Shown one piece after another: positions 25,963 to 34,049 of a stretch of DNA of 34,049 bases; positions within the stretch are counted from its first letter, which is position 1, and every line of letters starts with the position of its first letter. Below the pieces are notes generated by a model. The model was not told the origin of the DNA. It did not search any database and saw nothing but the letters and a program-made list of their open reading frames with translations. The stretch is from contig JAJZDG010000001.1 in assembly GCA_021828705.1 (NCBI GenBank), forward strand, positions 1 through 34,049, given 5' to 3'. Both the position numbers and the translations under genes were made by a program. The DNA comes from Candidatus Micrarchaeota archaeon (GTDB taxonomy: Archaea; Micrarchaeota; Micrarchaeia; Micrarchaeales; Micrarchaeaceae).

Positions 25963-26091
25963 TATATAAGTATAAATAGATAATATCCTAATAAAACGAT
26001 TTAAACCGCAAACGCAGTACTATATAATACGATATTATATATAGTATAAAAAAGTATATATATTTTACTTTTAAAGAGGGAACTTGTTAGC

Positions 26092-26400
26092 ATGCCAAAT
26101 AAAAATTTTTACAGAAAAATAGAAGATTTCAAATGTTATAACTGCAATTTTTTGGTGAATGGGAATGGGTATACTGATCATTGTCCAAAATGTCTTTCAA
26201 GCAAGCATGTAGATATACATCCTGGCGATAGGCTCTCTACGTGTATGGGTAATATGTTACCGTTCCAATCAACATATAAAAATGGGCAATTCACAATCTA
26301 TTATGAATGTTTAAAATGTCATATTAAAAAGAAGGTTAAGGCGGCATCTAACGATAATAATGAATTACTTATGACACTCTCATCAAAAGTCATTAACTAA
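26092..26400 (+). CDS. RNHCP-domain zinc-ribbon protein (function unknown).
   Basis: FKCYNCNF...YTDHCPKCLSSKHVD matches the RNHCP-domain signature (..C..C......RNHCP.CL.S.HVD), followed by a second CxxC (CLKCH). Confidence 0.65.
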   Translation: MPNKNFYRKIEDFKCYNCNFLVNGNGYTDHCPKCLSSKHVDIHPGDRLSTCMGNMLPFQSTYKNGQFTIYYECLKCHIKKKVKAASNDNNELLMTLSSKVIN

Positions 26401-27199
26401 TTACTTTTTCAACGATATTGGCATATAACTCATATATTTTCTGGTTATTTAACACAGCTACGTCTGATCCATTACTCATATCCTCTATATTTTTGTCAAA
26501 TGGTATGCTACCTAAGAGTTCAACACCTAAATTAGCACACACATAATTCACATGTTCGCTAGTTCCATTCTCCTTAGTCATGTTTGCAATTATACCTATA
26601 ATGGATTTGCCCAATCGTTTTGCCATAAGTCCTGATCTAACAGAGTTCAATGCACCTATCTTATGATCTGTTGTGACTATTATAAACCCATCCATATCAA
26701 GTACCTGCATTATGGTTAGAGGCGCATCGGATGTGCCTGGCGGCAAATCTATTATTAAATAATCTAATTCTCCCCATTCTGTATTCTCAAAAAAATCATA
26801 AAGCATCTTTACTATTATTGGACCTCTCCATATTATGGGTTTTTTAGTATCGTCTACAAGCATTGCTGTTGAAGCTATTTTTATGCCATCCTTAATTAAT
26901 GGAATAAGCGGCATATGTTCTATATTCATCATATCTGTTATGCCTAAAAAAACCGTTAAATTAGGACAGTCTATATCCGCATCTAATAAGCCTACTTTAA
27001 ACCCTCTTTTACTAAGTGTATAAGCAATATTTATCGCTGTTGTTGTTTTTCCTACTCCTCCCTTTGCGCTGTATATACCTATTTTATGTTTTATAGAATT
27101 GAGGTTGTTTTTGATACTTTCCTTTCTTTTTATCACATTTGCAAATGATGGATGCATCGTATTAGGATTATTGTTATGTTGTTCCGAATCGTCTGTCAT
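26393..27199 (-). CDS. MinD/ParA/Mrp-family P-loop ATPase (Mrp/NBP35-like but lacking the CxxC Fe-S ligand motif).
   Basis: Deviant Walker A SAKGGVGKTTTAINIA, LLDADIDCPN, DYLIIDLPPGTSD. The region after GIIANMT, where Mrp/ApbC carries CP.CG, has no CxxC. Confidence 0.75.
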   Translation of the reverse strand: MTDDSEQHNNNPNTMHPSFANVIKRKESIKNNLNSIKHKIGIYSAKGGVGKTTTAINIAYTLSKRGFKVGLLDADIDCPNLTVFLGITDMMNIEHMPLIPLIKDGIKIASTAMLVDDTKKPIIWRGPIIVKMLYDFFENTEWGELDYLIIDLPPGTSDAPLTIMQVLDMDGFIIVTTDHKIGALNSVRSGLMAKRLGKSIIGIIANMTKENGTSEHVNYVCANLGVELLGSIPFDKNIEDMSNGSDVAVLNNQKIYELYANIVEKVIS

Positions 27200-27235
27200 G
27201 ATGACATTTATGTGTTAATACTAATTTATATCTTA

Positions 27236-28258
27236 CTATTTTTTCCAATATCTAAATGTATAAAATAGGAATATTGTACCTAATATGACTCCAAACCATA
27301 GTGTTGAAACACGTATCATTATTGTTGCAGCAGCGCTTAATGTATTTACCACATTAAAGTTATTTGCAATAAGTGTAGTCATTGTTAGATCTGCTGATCC
27401 TATCGTGCCAGGTATTAATGATGCTATTCCGACCATAGCGGATACTACATATATCAAAATGCTTTTAAGCACATCAGAATGTATGCCAAGTGCTTGTGTT
27501 GTAAAATATACTGATAGTGAAGTCATTACTGCTGCTGGCAATGTAAATATAGCAGATATAAGATAAACCTTTTTGTTGTTTAATTTACTTTGCGCAGCAA
27601 AATACTCATCCCCATAAAAGGCAAATATTTCAGAAAATCTACCACGAAATACTTTCTTTTTTATTATGTTAAATAGCCATGGACTTATTATAAAGCTAAA
27701 TGGCAGAAGCATTATAACATCTATTGGTATTAATATTGGCAGATATGATGGGAAAATTATGACCAATATTAAGCTAAGAAGAACATACCCTAAGAAATCG
27801 GTGAATATATCAAAGCTTACTATAGGTAGAAGTCCGAACAATTTATGTTTGGATACCTTATTTATAGAATATGCAGATACAACTCTTCCTATCTTTCCAG
27901 GGGTTAAATTCATTGCGTAGAGCGATAAATATATCATAAAATTTTTGAATATCGGTATATCAATTCCAAGCACTTTCATATAATATTCCCATTTGAAAAA
28001 TCTTATGAAAATGCTAAGAAATTCAAATAAAAATGCAAGCATGTAAATAATGCCATTCGCAGTTAGCATGTAAGTGAATACTTTATCTATACCTCCATTT
28101 GAAAAGTATGCGATCGCAAAAAAGACAGCAAAACTTACTACCATAAGCGCAGCGACAATAATCATTATTGCACGCGTTAAATTAAAGTAATCCTTTTTAC
28201 TAAATTTCTTTTTACTAGCAATTCTGTCCCAAATACGCTCCTTTTTTCTTTTAATCAA
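27236..28258 (-). CDS. Flippase-like / LPG-synthase-TM (UPF0104) family membrane protein.
   Basis: About 8 hydrophobic helices. IRFFKWEYYMKVLGIDIP...NLTPGKIGRVVSAYSINK...FDIFTDFLG matches the UPF0104 core pattern (R.RW...L......PG..GE..R.Y.L.K.....ER..D). Confidence 0.65.
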   Translation of the reverse strand: MIKRKKERIWDRIASKKKFSKKDYFNLTRAIMIIVAALMVVSFAVFFAIAYFSNGGIDKVFTYMLTANGIIYMLAFLFEFLSIFIRFFKWEYYMKVLGIDIPIFKNFMIYLSLYAMNLTPGKIGRVVSAYSINKVSKHKLFGLLPIVSFDIFTDFLGYVLLSLILVIIFPSYLPILIPIDVIMLLPFSFIISPWLFNIIKKKVFRGRFSEIFAFYGDEYFAAQSKLNNKKVYLISAIFTLPAAVMTSLSVYFTTQALGIHSDVLKSILIYVVSAMVGIASLIPGTIGSADLTMTTLIANNFNVVNTLSAAATIMIRVSTLWFGVILGTIFLFYTFRYWKK

Positions 28259-28262
28259 AACA

Positions 28263-29411
28263 TCACTTAACTAAGTCATAAAATAATGATTCATATTTTT
28301 TAGATATAAGATTCCAGTCAAACTTTTTAATTATTCGTTTTCTTGCCTCTTCTGATTTTTTACCCATAACATCTATTTGCTTATATGCATAAGTCATTTT
28401 ATTATAAATATCAATATGGCTGTTTGGTTTAATGTATAATCCATTATTCCCCATTATTTCTGGTATCCCTCCTATTTTAGTTGCTATTGTTGGCAGTTCA
28501 CTTGATAAACTTTCTATCAATGCCATTCCAAACGGTTCATAAAGGGATGGAAGTACAAACATGTCAGATGCATTGTAATAATAAGGCATTATATCCTCTC
28601 GTAAACCTCCTGTAAGAATTACTTTGTTTTCTAATTTTAATTTTTTTATGAGATGTAATATGTTATTTTTAAGTGGTCCATTACCAACGATTAGAAGTTT
28701 AGCATCATGTTTTTTAACAAATTCTTTGAATGCATAAATAAGATATACTTGACCTTTTTGTGTGACAAGCCGTCCGTTATTGAATATGACAAATCCATCC
28801 AAGTTGTTTTTATCTATTATATTTGATACCATTTCATTGTTCTTTTCTCTTTTTTTATATCTGTTATAGTCTATCCCATTGTATATCACAGAAGATTTTT
28901 GCTTATCTATTTGCGGAATTGTGACAGTCATAGCGTATTTTGATACGCACGTTATAGCATTGGCTGCATGCATTACTTTTCTTCCCTCAAATTTATCATA
29001 AAAAAGCGCAGCAATATCAGTTGCAAAATCTATGTTTTTTGGCAAGGAGTTGTGTATTGTAAGTACAATCTTTTTATTTATAGATGCTATTGTTTTCACA
29101 TTATTCATAAAATATTGGTATCTGTTATTTATATGGTATATATCAGAATGTTCATTTAGGATTGTTTTATTTAAATCCTCCATTCTTAAAAAAGGTAATG
29201 GAGCTCCAGGTATGCTTATGTAGTGCGCTTTTAATCTGATTATCTTAATTCCAAATATTTCATCGCATGTTGTTTTCTGATTATCTTTTAAAGAACCGGA
29301 TATTATAGTTATATTATGTTTTTTTGCAAGCCTTCTATAAATTTCTAGCAATACATTTTCTGTTCCACCACCATATGGGTAAAAGAACGGGTTTAATACT
29401 GATATCTCCAT
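28263..29411 (-). CDS. Glycosyltransferase family 4 (GT-B, Glycos_transf_1).
   Basis: N-terminal FFYPYGGGTENVLLEI. C-terminal LPSLYEPFGMALIESLSSELPTIATKIGGIPEI is the E-x7-E region typical of GT4. Confidence 0.85.
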   Translation of the reverse strand: MEISVLNPFFYPYGGGTENVLLEIYRRLAKKHNITIISGSLKDNQKTTCDEIFGIKIIRLKAHYISIPGAPLPFLRMEDLNKTILNEHSDIYHINNRYQYFMNNVKTIASINKKIVLTIHNSLPKNIDFATDIAALFYDKFEGRKVMHAANAITCVSKYAMTVTIPQIDKQKSSVIYNGIDYNRYKKREKNNEMVSNIIDKNNLDGFVIFNNGRLVTQKGQVYLIYAFKEFVKKHDAKLLIVGNGPLKNNILHLIKKLKLENKVILTGGLREDIMPYYYNASDMFVLPSLYEPFGMALIESLSSELPTIATKIGGIPEIMGNNGLYIKPNSHIDIYNKMTYAYKQIDVMGKKSEEARKRIIKKFDWNLISKKYESLFYDLVK

Positions 29412-29552
29412 TATAAACTACCAAATATTTATTTTAACAATACCTAAATGTAACATATTTATATACAATGTCATTTAATTGCAGAATACTATTAAAAGGA
29501 ATACAACCTTTTTTATATTTATATGTTTAAATGAAATATTGTCTTTCTAGTT

Positions 29553-29559
29553 AAGGTGA
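29553..29559 (+). promoter_or_regulatory. Shine-Dalgarno site AAGGTGA, 4 nt before the ssb ATG.
   Basis: AAGGTGAAAATATG is the same 14-mer as at the thermosome start. Confidence 0.5.
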
Positions 29560-29563
29560 AAAT

Positions 29564-29923
29564 ATGAAGATAAATGAATTGAAGGCAGGGGCCACAAATG
29601 TAAATATACAGGCAAAAGTAGCAAAAAAGGATGATCCTAGAGAAGTTGTAACTAAATATGGCAAACGTGTGAGTGTTGCAAATATAACATTGAAGGATGA
29701 GACTGGAAGCATACAGATGTCCTTATGGGGTGATGATATATCAAAGGTCTCAAAAGGGGATCTTATAGAGATAACAAATGGTTATGTTAGTGAATTTAGA
29801 GGTTCACCACAGCTTTCATCTGGTAAGTTTGGTAAGATAAATGTCATAGAGAAGTCAAGTGGAGAGGAGGAACTTTCTGAAACAGAAGAGTATGATTCTG
29901 CAGAAGAAATTCCAGAGGAATAA
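29564..29923 (+). CDS. ssb: Single-stranded DNA-binding protein, single OB fold with an acidic C-terminal tail (crenarchaeal-type SSB).
   Basis: KDETGSIQMSLWG and EITNGYVSEFRGSPQLSSGKFGKI align with the recalled Sulfolobus SSB ([37 protein letters not shown]). The tail is EEELSETEEYDSAEEIPEE. Confidence 0.8.
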   Translation: MKINELKAGATNVNIQAKVAKKDDPREVVTKYGKRVSVANITLKDETGSIQMSLWGDDISKVSKGDLIEITNGYVSEFRGSPQLSSGKFGKINVIEKSSGEEELSETEEYDSAEEIPEE

Positions 29924-29941
29924 TTCACTATATGATTTTTT

Positions 29942-31135
29942 ATGGAGAAATATAATGTGTCTATAATTGTTATGGACACATTAAGATATGATGCTTTCGT
30001 TGATATACATCGGCGTATGCCTCTTTCAAATATCGGCGAATTTTTTATTTATGATAATTGCATAGCTCCATCTTCATGGACTCTTCCTTCGCATGCGTCT
30101 CTTTTGACAGGTCTTTATCCTAGCGAACATTTTGCACATGAGACAAAGAGTATAAAAAGTCTTAATATAAGTGAAATAAAATTAAAGAAAAGCACAATAG
30201 TATCGAAGTTTAAAGCTATAGGTTATGAAACCCATTGCATATCAGCAAATCCATACGTGCATCCTATTTATGGATTCGATGAATTTGATGATTTTTACGA
30301 GGAATCTTATTTTACCGATGTATTTGGCAGTGTTATAGAGGTATCAAAAGAAATAAAACCAAAAATATCAAAATATAGGAATATGTATGGAAATAATATA
30401 TTAAAAATATCCAAAGTACTATTAAAGGAGAATCCGAATCTTCTCTTTGAAGCGATTTCAAGTTCCATTAAGCTTACTCCAAAAGCCCTGCTTAAAAAAG
30501 CAAAGGCAAAATTTATTGATGGTTGGCCATTAGAGAAGGGTGGCAAAAAAATAGTCGAGCGTGTTAAAAGCCTAAAATTCAAAAAACCCTTTTTTCTTCT
30601 TGTCAATATAATGGAAGCTCATGATCCATATATTGGGAAAAAATCAAAAGATTTCGATTGGTCTACTCCATTCATGACAAATCCTCCAAGTGAAAAAAAT
30701 ATAAAAAAGTGGAAAAAGTTATATAAAAAAGGTGCAAGGCTTAGTTATTCATATGCTTTTGAAATGGTTGAGCATATTATAGAATCATATGGGGATGATC
30801 AGATTATTATATTAACATCAGATCATGGTCAATCTTTAGGTGAAAATGGTTTTGTAGGGCATGGAACCGTCCTATATGATGAAGTAATAAAAGTGCCGCT
30901 TGCAATAATGCTTCCAAAAAAGTTTACTCAAGAGTCTAAAGATTATCAAACATTGATAAATATACCAAAAATGCTTTTGGGCATAATCGAAGGCGTGGAA
31001 AATCCACAAAAACATATAAATTCAAAACATGTAAAGTCTGAGAGCTTTAGCATACCCGCAAATTTATACAATAAGGTTGGTATAAATAAAAAACTAATAA
31101 AAAAATATGATAAAGTTATAAAAAGAAAATTCTAG
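29942..31135 (+). CDS. Sulfatase-family / alkaline-phosphatase-superfamily enzyme (Thr-nucleophile type), no TM domain.
   Basis: IIVMDTLRYDAF, SSWTLPSHASLLTGLYPSEH (T-x-P-S-H in place of C/S-x-P-x-R), LTSDHGQSLGENG. Confidence 0.75.
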   Translation: MEKYNVSIIVMDTLRYDAFVDIHRRMPLSNIGEFFIYDNCIAPSSWTLPSHASLLTGLYPSEHFAHETKSIKSLNISEIKLKKSTIVSKFKAIGYETHCISANPYVHPIYGFDEFDDFYEESYFTDVFGSVIEVSKEIKPKISKYRNMYGNNILKISKVLLKENPNLLFEAISSSIKLTPKALLKKAKAKFIDGWPLEKGGKKIVERVKSLKFKKPFFLLVNIMEAHDPYIGKKSKDFDWSTPFMTNPPSEKNIKKWKKLYKKGARLSYSYAFEMVEHIIESYGDDQIIILTSDHGQSLGENGFVGHGTVLYDEVIKVPLAIMLPKKFTQESKDYQTLINIPKMLLGIIEGVENPQKHINSKHVKSESFSIPANLYNKVGINKKLIKKYDKVIKRKF

Positions 31136-32344
31136 TCAGTTTAGTATTCCAATACCTACAAACTTGTTATTTGAGTATATTGTAAAACGCCCTAATTCTT
31201 CAATATCATCAAATTTTGATGCTGCAATGGGTTTTTCCAATACAATGTGCGCAGAGCCAAATTCTAACGGCATAATATCAGACCTTTTAGTTCCTACGCC
31301 CTCCAAATCTATCACTTCTTTTATGCTCAAATTTTTACATTTTATGTCTATGCCATTGAACCTTAAAAACAAATTTCCTTTAAATTCGTTAACCACAAAG
31401 ATAAGGGAATTAAAATTACGTTGTGCTTTTACCTTATCTTTTTCATTTGTTATAACCATGCCGCGTACATTATCACTTATTTCGTTATTGATATATATGA
31501 GCGGGTTGTCTCCATAAAATGAATTTTTCACTTTTTTTCCACGCGCAATAATTTTATTTATTTTACAATATTTATTTTTAGGTACAATCATATACCTTCC
31601 ATTTTTTACAGTTCCTGATACTATTCTAGAAGATAATATATTTTTTTTATCATTATCAATATAACCTAATATTAATGCGCTGCCATATTTTCCAGATGCA
31701 TTTGAATCATCCTGTATAAATTTTAATAGTATATCCATGAGTGGTCCATTGTTATACCATTTCATATTATCAGAGCTTTTTATAAGATTTTCATTTCCAT
31801 AAGCGGATATCGGTACAAATGCTATATGTTTATAACCTATTTTTTGGATAAAATTCAACAAGCTGTTTTTTATGTTATTAAATATATGTTCATTATAATT
31901 TATGGCATCCATTTTGTTTACAGCTACTATTATATTTGAAATACCAAACATTCTTGCAAGGAAAATATGTCTTCTTGATTGTTCGCGTATGCCTTCATCC
32001 TGCTTTGCCGAAACCATTAATATCGCAGTTTTCGCATATGACGCACCACTCATCATATTGCCTATTAATTCTTCATGTCCTGGCACGTCAATAAATTCAA
32101 ATGCTTTATTTTTATATTTAATTTGGGTTCTTGTGGTATCTATTGTGAGTCCCTCTCTTCGTTCTTCATAAAAACTATCTAACAAAAATCCTGGCTCAAA
32201 TGGTTTTCCTAGTTTTTTACTTATTTCTTTAGCTTCATCTATACGTTCTTTGCTTATCGAGTCAGTCGAAAGCAATAAATTGCCTATTAGAGTTGATTTT
32301 CCATGGTCCTTGTGGCCCAACATAGTCACTCTATTTATTTTCAT
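31136..32344 (-). CDS. cysN: Sulfate adenylyltransferase subunit 1-like GTPase (CysN / EF-1alpha-like).
   Basis: G1 GHKDHGKST, LLDSFYEERREGLTID (cf. E. coli CysN LVDGLQAEREQGITID), G3 DVPGHEE, G4 NKMD, SRRHIFLARMFGI (cf. TRRHSFISTLLGI), WYNGP. At 402 aa it is shorter than E. coli CysN. Confidence 0.8.
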   Translation of the reverse strand: MKINRVTMLGHKDHGKSTLIGNLLLSTDSISKERIDEAKEISKKLGKPFEPGFLLDSFYEERREGLTIDTTRTQIKYKNKAFEFIDVPGHEELIGNMMSGASYAKTAILMVSAKQDEGIREQSRRHIFLARMFGISNIIVAVNKMDAINYNEHIFNNIKNSLLNFIQKIGYKHIAFVPISAYGNENLIKSSDNMKWYNNGPLMDILLKFIQDDSNASGKYGSALILGYIDNDKKNILSSRIVSGTVKNGRYMIVPKNKYCKINKIIARGKKVKNSFYGDNPLIYINNEISDNVRGMVITNEKDKVKAQRNFNSLIFVVNEFKGNLFLRFNGIDIKCKNLSIKEVIDLEGVGTKRSDIMPLEFGSAHIVLEKPIAASKFDDIEELGRFTIYSNNKFVGIGILN

Positions 32345-32354
32345 TAAAACACCA

Positions 32355-33143
32355 TCACATATATCCTAAAGCTCTCAACTTTTGCATAACATATTCTTTT
32401 TCCTTATCCTGTTGTCTTCCAGACCTTTCCTCTATTTTAGTATTCGAAAGCTCTTTTATTATGTCATTGATATTTTTAGCATTAGATTTAATTGGTATTG
32501 TGCATCTTGTACATCCAAGACTTCTATATCTATATCCATTCCTTGATATATAAAGAGGGTTAATTGGAATTTTATCTTTTTTAGTATATGTCCAGATATC
32601 TATTTCGTTCCAGTCCAGTAATGGATGGATGCGTATATGTCCTTTATTATCTAGTTTTGATGAATAATCATTCCATAATTCTGTAGGCTGCTCTTTATAA
32701 TTCCATTTAAAATTTTCATCTCTAGGACTCATGTACCTCTCTTTGCTTCTTATTCCGTGCTCGTCTCTTCTTATAGATACTATAAGTGCGTCAAAACCAT
32801 ACTCTGCCATAACTTTCTTTAACGCGTCTGTTTTATTTGAGCCGCAACAACTAAATCCTGAAAGTTCCTTATTTATCTTGCTTTTTGCAACGATAAGATT
32901 AAGTTTCCACTTTTTTGTAAGCATATCCCTAAATTCATATGTCTCAGGAAAATCAATTCCATTGTCTATATGTATGATAGGAAACGGCACCTTTCCCATA
33001 AAGGCTTTTTTTGCAATGGCTAGCATAGCTGTTGAATCTTTTCCCATACTCCATAATCCTGCAATATTTTTAAATTTTGATTGAGCTTCTCTAATTATAT
33101 ATATACTTTTTTCCTCCAACTGATTTAAGTCCTGTTTTATCAT
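32355..33143 (-). CDS. cysD: Sulfate adenylyltransferase subunit 2 (CysD, PAPS-reductase/ATP-pyrophosphatase fold).
   Basis: Collinear with the recalled E. coli CysD: LEEKSIYIIRE / LEAESIHIIRE, WSMGKDSTAML / YSIGKDSSVML, FPIIHIDNG..ETYEFRD / FPLLHVDTG..EMYEFRD, RRDE, ELWN.Y, IRIHPL..W / IRVFPLSNW, RSLGC / RTLGC, and the C-terminal ERSGR...LGYM / ERQGR...QGYF. Confidence 0.88.
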   Translation of the reverse strand: MIKQDLNQLEEKSIYIIREAQSKFKNIAGLWSMGKDSTAMLAIAKKAFMGKVPFPIIHIDNGIDFPETYEFRDMLTKKWKLNLIVAKSKINKELSGFSCCGSNKTDALKKVMAEYGFDALIVSIRRDEHGIRSKERYMSPRDENFKWNYKEQPTELWNDYSSKLDNKGHIRIHPLLDWNEIDIWTYTKKDKIPINPLYISRNGYRYRSLGCTRCTIPIKSNAKNINDIIKELSNTKIEERSGRQQDKEKEYVMQKLRALGYM

Positions 33144-33147
33144 AACA

Positions 33148-33432
33148 TCACTCTATTATATTGGCATTTTTAATGCCTTTTAAATATATAGTAGCACCAC
33201 ATACATCATTTTTCTTTATCATAAATAGTGGTACGTCTCCAATAAGCTTCATTGTATTAGAATATAGTTCAATATACGCATTTTTTAATCCTTTATTATC
33301 TTTTAATGATTTTTCTTTATAAACTACTCTGTAATATTTTATATTGCTTTTTTTTAATTTTTTAGAGAAAGAGTCCCATTCCTGCTCAGTTGGATTTTTC
33401 CACAGTGCTTTCATATACATATCAATTGCCAT
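33148..33432 (-). CDS. Hypothetical 94-aa protein between the RHH gene and cysD.
   Basis: An intact ORF with 4-7 nt gaps to both neighbours on the same strand. I recognise no motif. Confidence 0.5.
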   Translation of the reverse strand: MAIDMYMKALWKNPTEQEWDSFSKKLKKSNIKYYRVVYKEKSLKDNKGLKNAYIELYSNTMKLIGDVPLFMIKKNDVCGATIYLKGIKNANIIE

Positions 33433-33439
33433 AATATCA

Positions 33440-33640
33440 CTAAATATAACCCAATGCGTTCAATCGTTTTTTTATATTACTGTCTGTTCCTTTTTGTTCC
33501 ATATCAACAATTGATTCTCTTAATATATATGTGACGTAATCAGAAACCGAGGAGAATCCTGTATTGCCTATGCGCTTTTGTATTTTTTCAAATAATGGTT
33601 TTGGTATTGTTATTGTTGTATATTTACGCTCTTTTATCAT
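33440..33640 (-). CDS. Ribbon-helix-helix (CopG/Arc/MetJ-type) DNA-binding protein.
   Basis: KYTTITIPKPLFEKIQKRIGNTGFSSVSDYVTYILRESI follows the RHH pattern (beta strand, helix, G-x-S/T turn, helix). I prefer the start at ATG 33640 (MIKERKY...). The track start at 33673 would place a perfect palindrome and TATA-like sequence inside the CDS. Confidence 0.7.
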   Translation of the reverse strand: MIKERKYTTITIPKPLFEKIQKRIGNTGFSSVSDYVTYILRESIVDMEQKGTDSNIKKRLNALGYI

Positions 33641-33650
33641 AGTATCACTT

Positions 33651-33664
33651 AATGTTATAACATT
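33651..33664. promoter_or_regulatory. Perfect 14-bp palindrome AATGTTATAACATT, a candidate operator for the adjacent RHH protein.
   Basis: Self-complementary by hand check. It lies 11-24 nt upstream of the preferred RHH start, with a T/A-rich TATA-like tract (minus strand TTTTTATATTTT, about 33672..33686) just upstream. Confidence 0.35.
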
Positions 33665-33861
33665 ATAATACATTAAAATATAAAAAGCTATCGAATGTTT
33701 TGTATTGTGTAAAAAGGAGTTACTTTGTATAATAAGTTATCATTTTTCACTATTTAATATACAAAGCATTGTTCTACTGAAGCTTTTTAACTAAAAGGTT
33801 TGTTAGTTATTGGCTTAGTAAAATCTGAAGATTAAGACAAATTCAAAATAACGTGATACTA

Positions 33862-34049
33862 CTATTTGCAGGCCGGTGCGCTATTATTTAGTATGGTACA
33901 TATCTGTGATGTGAATACATCAGCCGTACCTATTATTGCTTGCGCTTGTGCTGTATTTGGGTTATTCAAATCAGATTCTATTGTACTCCAATTCATATTA
34001 TCTATTAGCTGTGGAGTAGTTAATGCGCCTACTTGTATGGAATAATTCC
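33862..34049 (-). CDS. 3' end of a gene running off the window (unknown, possibly secreted protein).
   Basis: The minus-strand frame is open from the window edge to TAG (33862-33864). It translates to ...NYSIQVGALTTPQLIDNMNWSTIESDLNNPNTAQAQAIIGTADVFTSQICTILNNSAPACK*. No motif recognised. Confidence 0.3.
   Translation of the reverse strand, partial: NYSIQVGALTTPQLIDNMNWSTIESDLNNPNTAQAQAIIGTADVFTSQICTILNNSAPACK

Noticed and set aside
24492-25979. Long + strand ORFs (180 aa at 24492..25034, 305 aa at 25062..25979, and shorter ones) overlapping the thermosome gene.
   Set aside because: They are antisense to an unmistakable group II chaperonin CDS. Their translations are Ser/Cys/Phe/Ile-rich low-complexity strings with no motifs, as expected for shadow frames of a long gene.
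33148-33673. RHH plus the 94-aa protein as a RelE/ParE-type toxin-antitoxin pair.
   Set aside because: The 94-aa protein shows none of the RelE/ParE hallmarks I can recognise (no C-terminal R...Y pattern). The pair is also tightly embedded in the cysDN operon. I keep it as an alternative hypothesis only.
1-34049. Alternative genetic code or recoding.
   Set aside because: All conserved genes (gyrBA, thermosome, nuoD, Lhr) translate uninterrupted with the standard code and end at TAA, TAG or TGA. I saw no in-frame stops needing reassignment.

Overview
This is an AT-rich, very tightly packed archaeal chromosome segment with about 40 genes, many abutting or overlapping by 1-14 nt. The archaeal assignment rests on L14e, L34e, thermosome, prefoldin beta, Trm56, archaeal-type adenylate kinase, a DUF106 insertase, EndA and a crenarchaeal-type SSB. 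Housekeeping content is a 5'-truncated tRNA-splicing endonuclease, tRNA-Lys(CUU), bacterial-type gyrB-gyrA, Trm56, an Lhr-type helicase, nuoABCD, prefoldin beta, a DHH phosphoesterase coupled to Mre11, the rpl14e/rpl34e/DUF106/adkA cluster, thermosome and SSB. Envelope genes include two sequon-rich membrane-anchored surface proteins, a GT4 / flippase-like / MinD-Mrp-like operon, a stand-alone VKOR and a sulfatase-like enzyme. A small accessory patch (AlkZ/YcaQ-like glycosylase, SRPBCC protein, VapBC) sits next to the tRNA. I found no CRISPR array, transposase, integrase or rRNA. The EndA architecture, gene density and heavily glycosylatable surface proteins resemble ARMAN-type/DPANN or Thermoplasmata-like acidophiles, but taxonomy cannot be settled from this window. 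I do not see an unambiguous novel multi-gene system. The best candidates for follow-up are: (1) the RHH / 94-aa unknown / CysD / CysN operon, with a shared C-terminal ALGY motif and a perfect palindrome operator; (2) DHH-Mre11 coupling without Rad50 and with an atypical motif III; (3) the extra degenerate domain on EndA; (4) a nuoABCD module that stops after nuoD; (5) a 59-aa glycine-zipper membrane ORF below the ORF-track cutoff; (6) a perfect 70-bp intragenic repeat in a surface protein gene.
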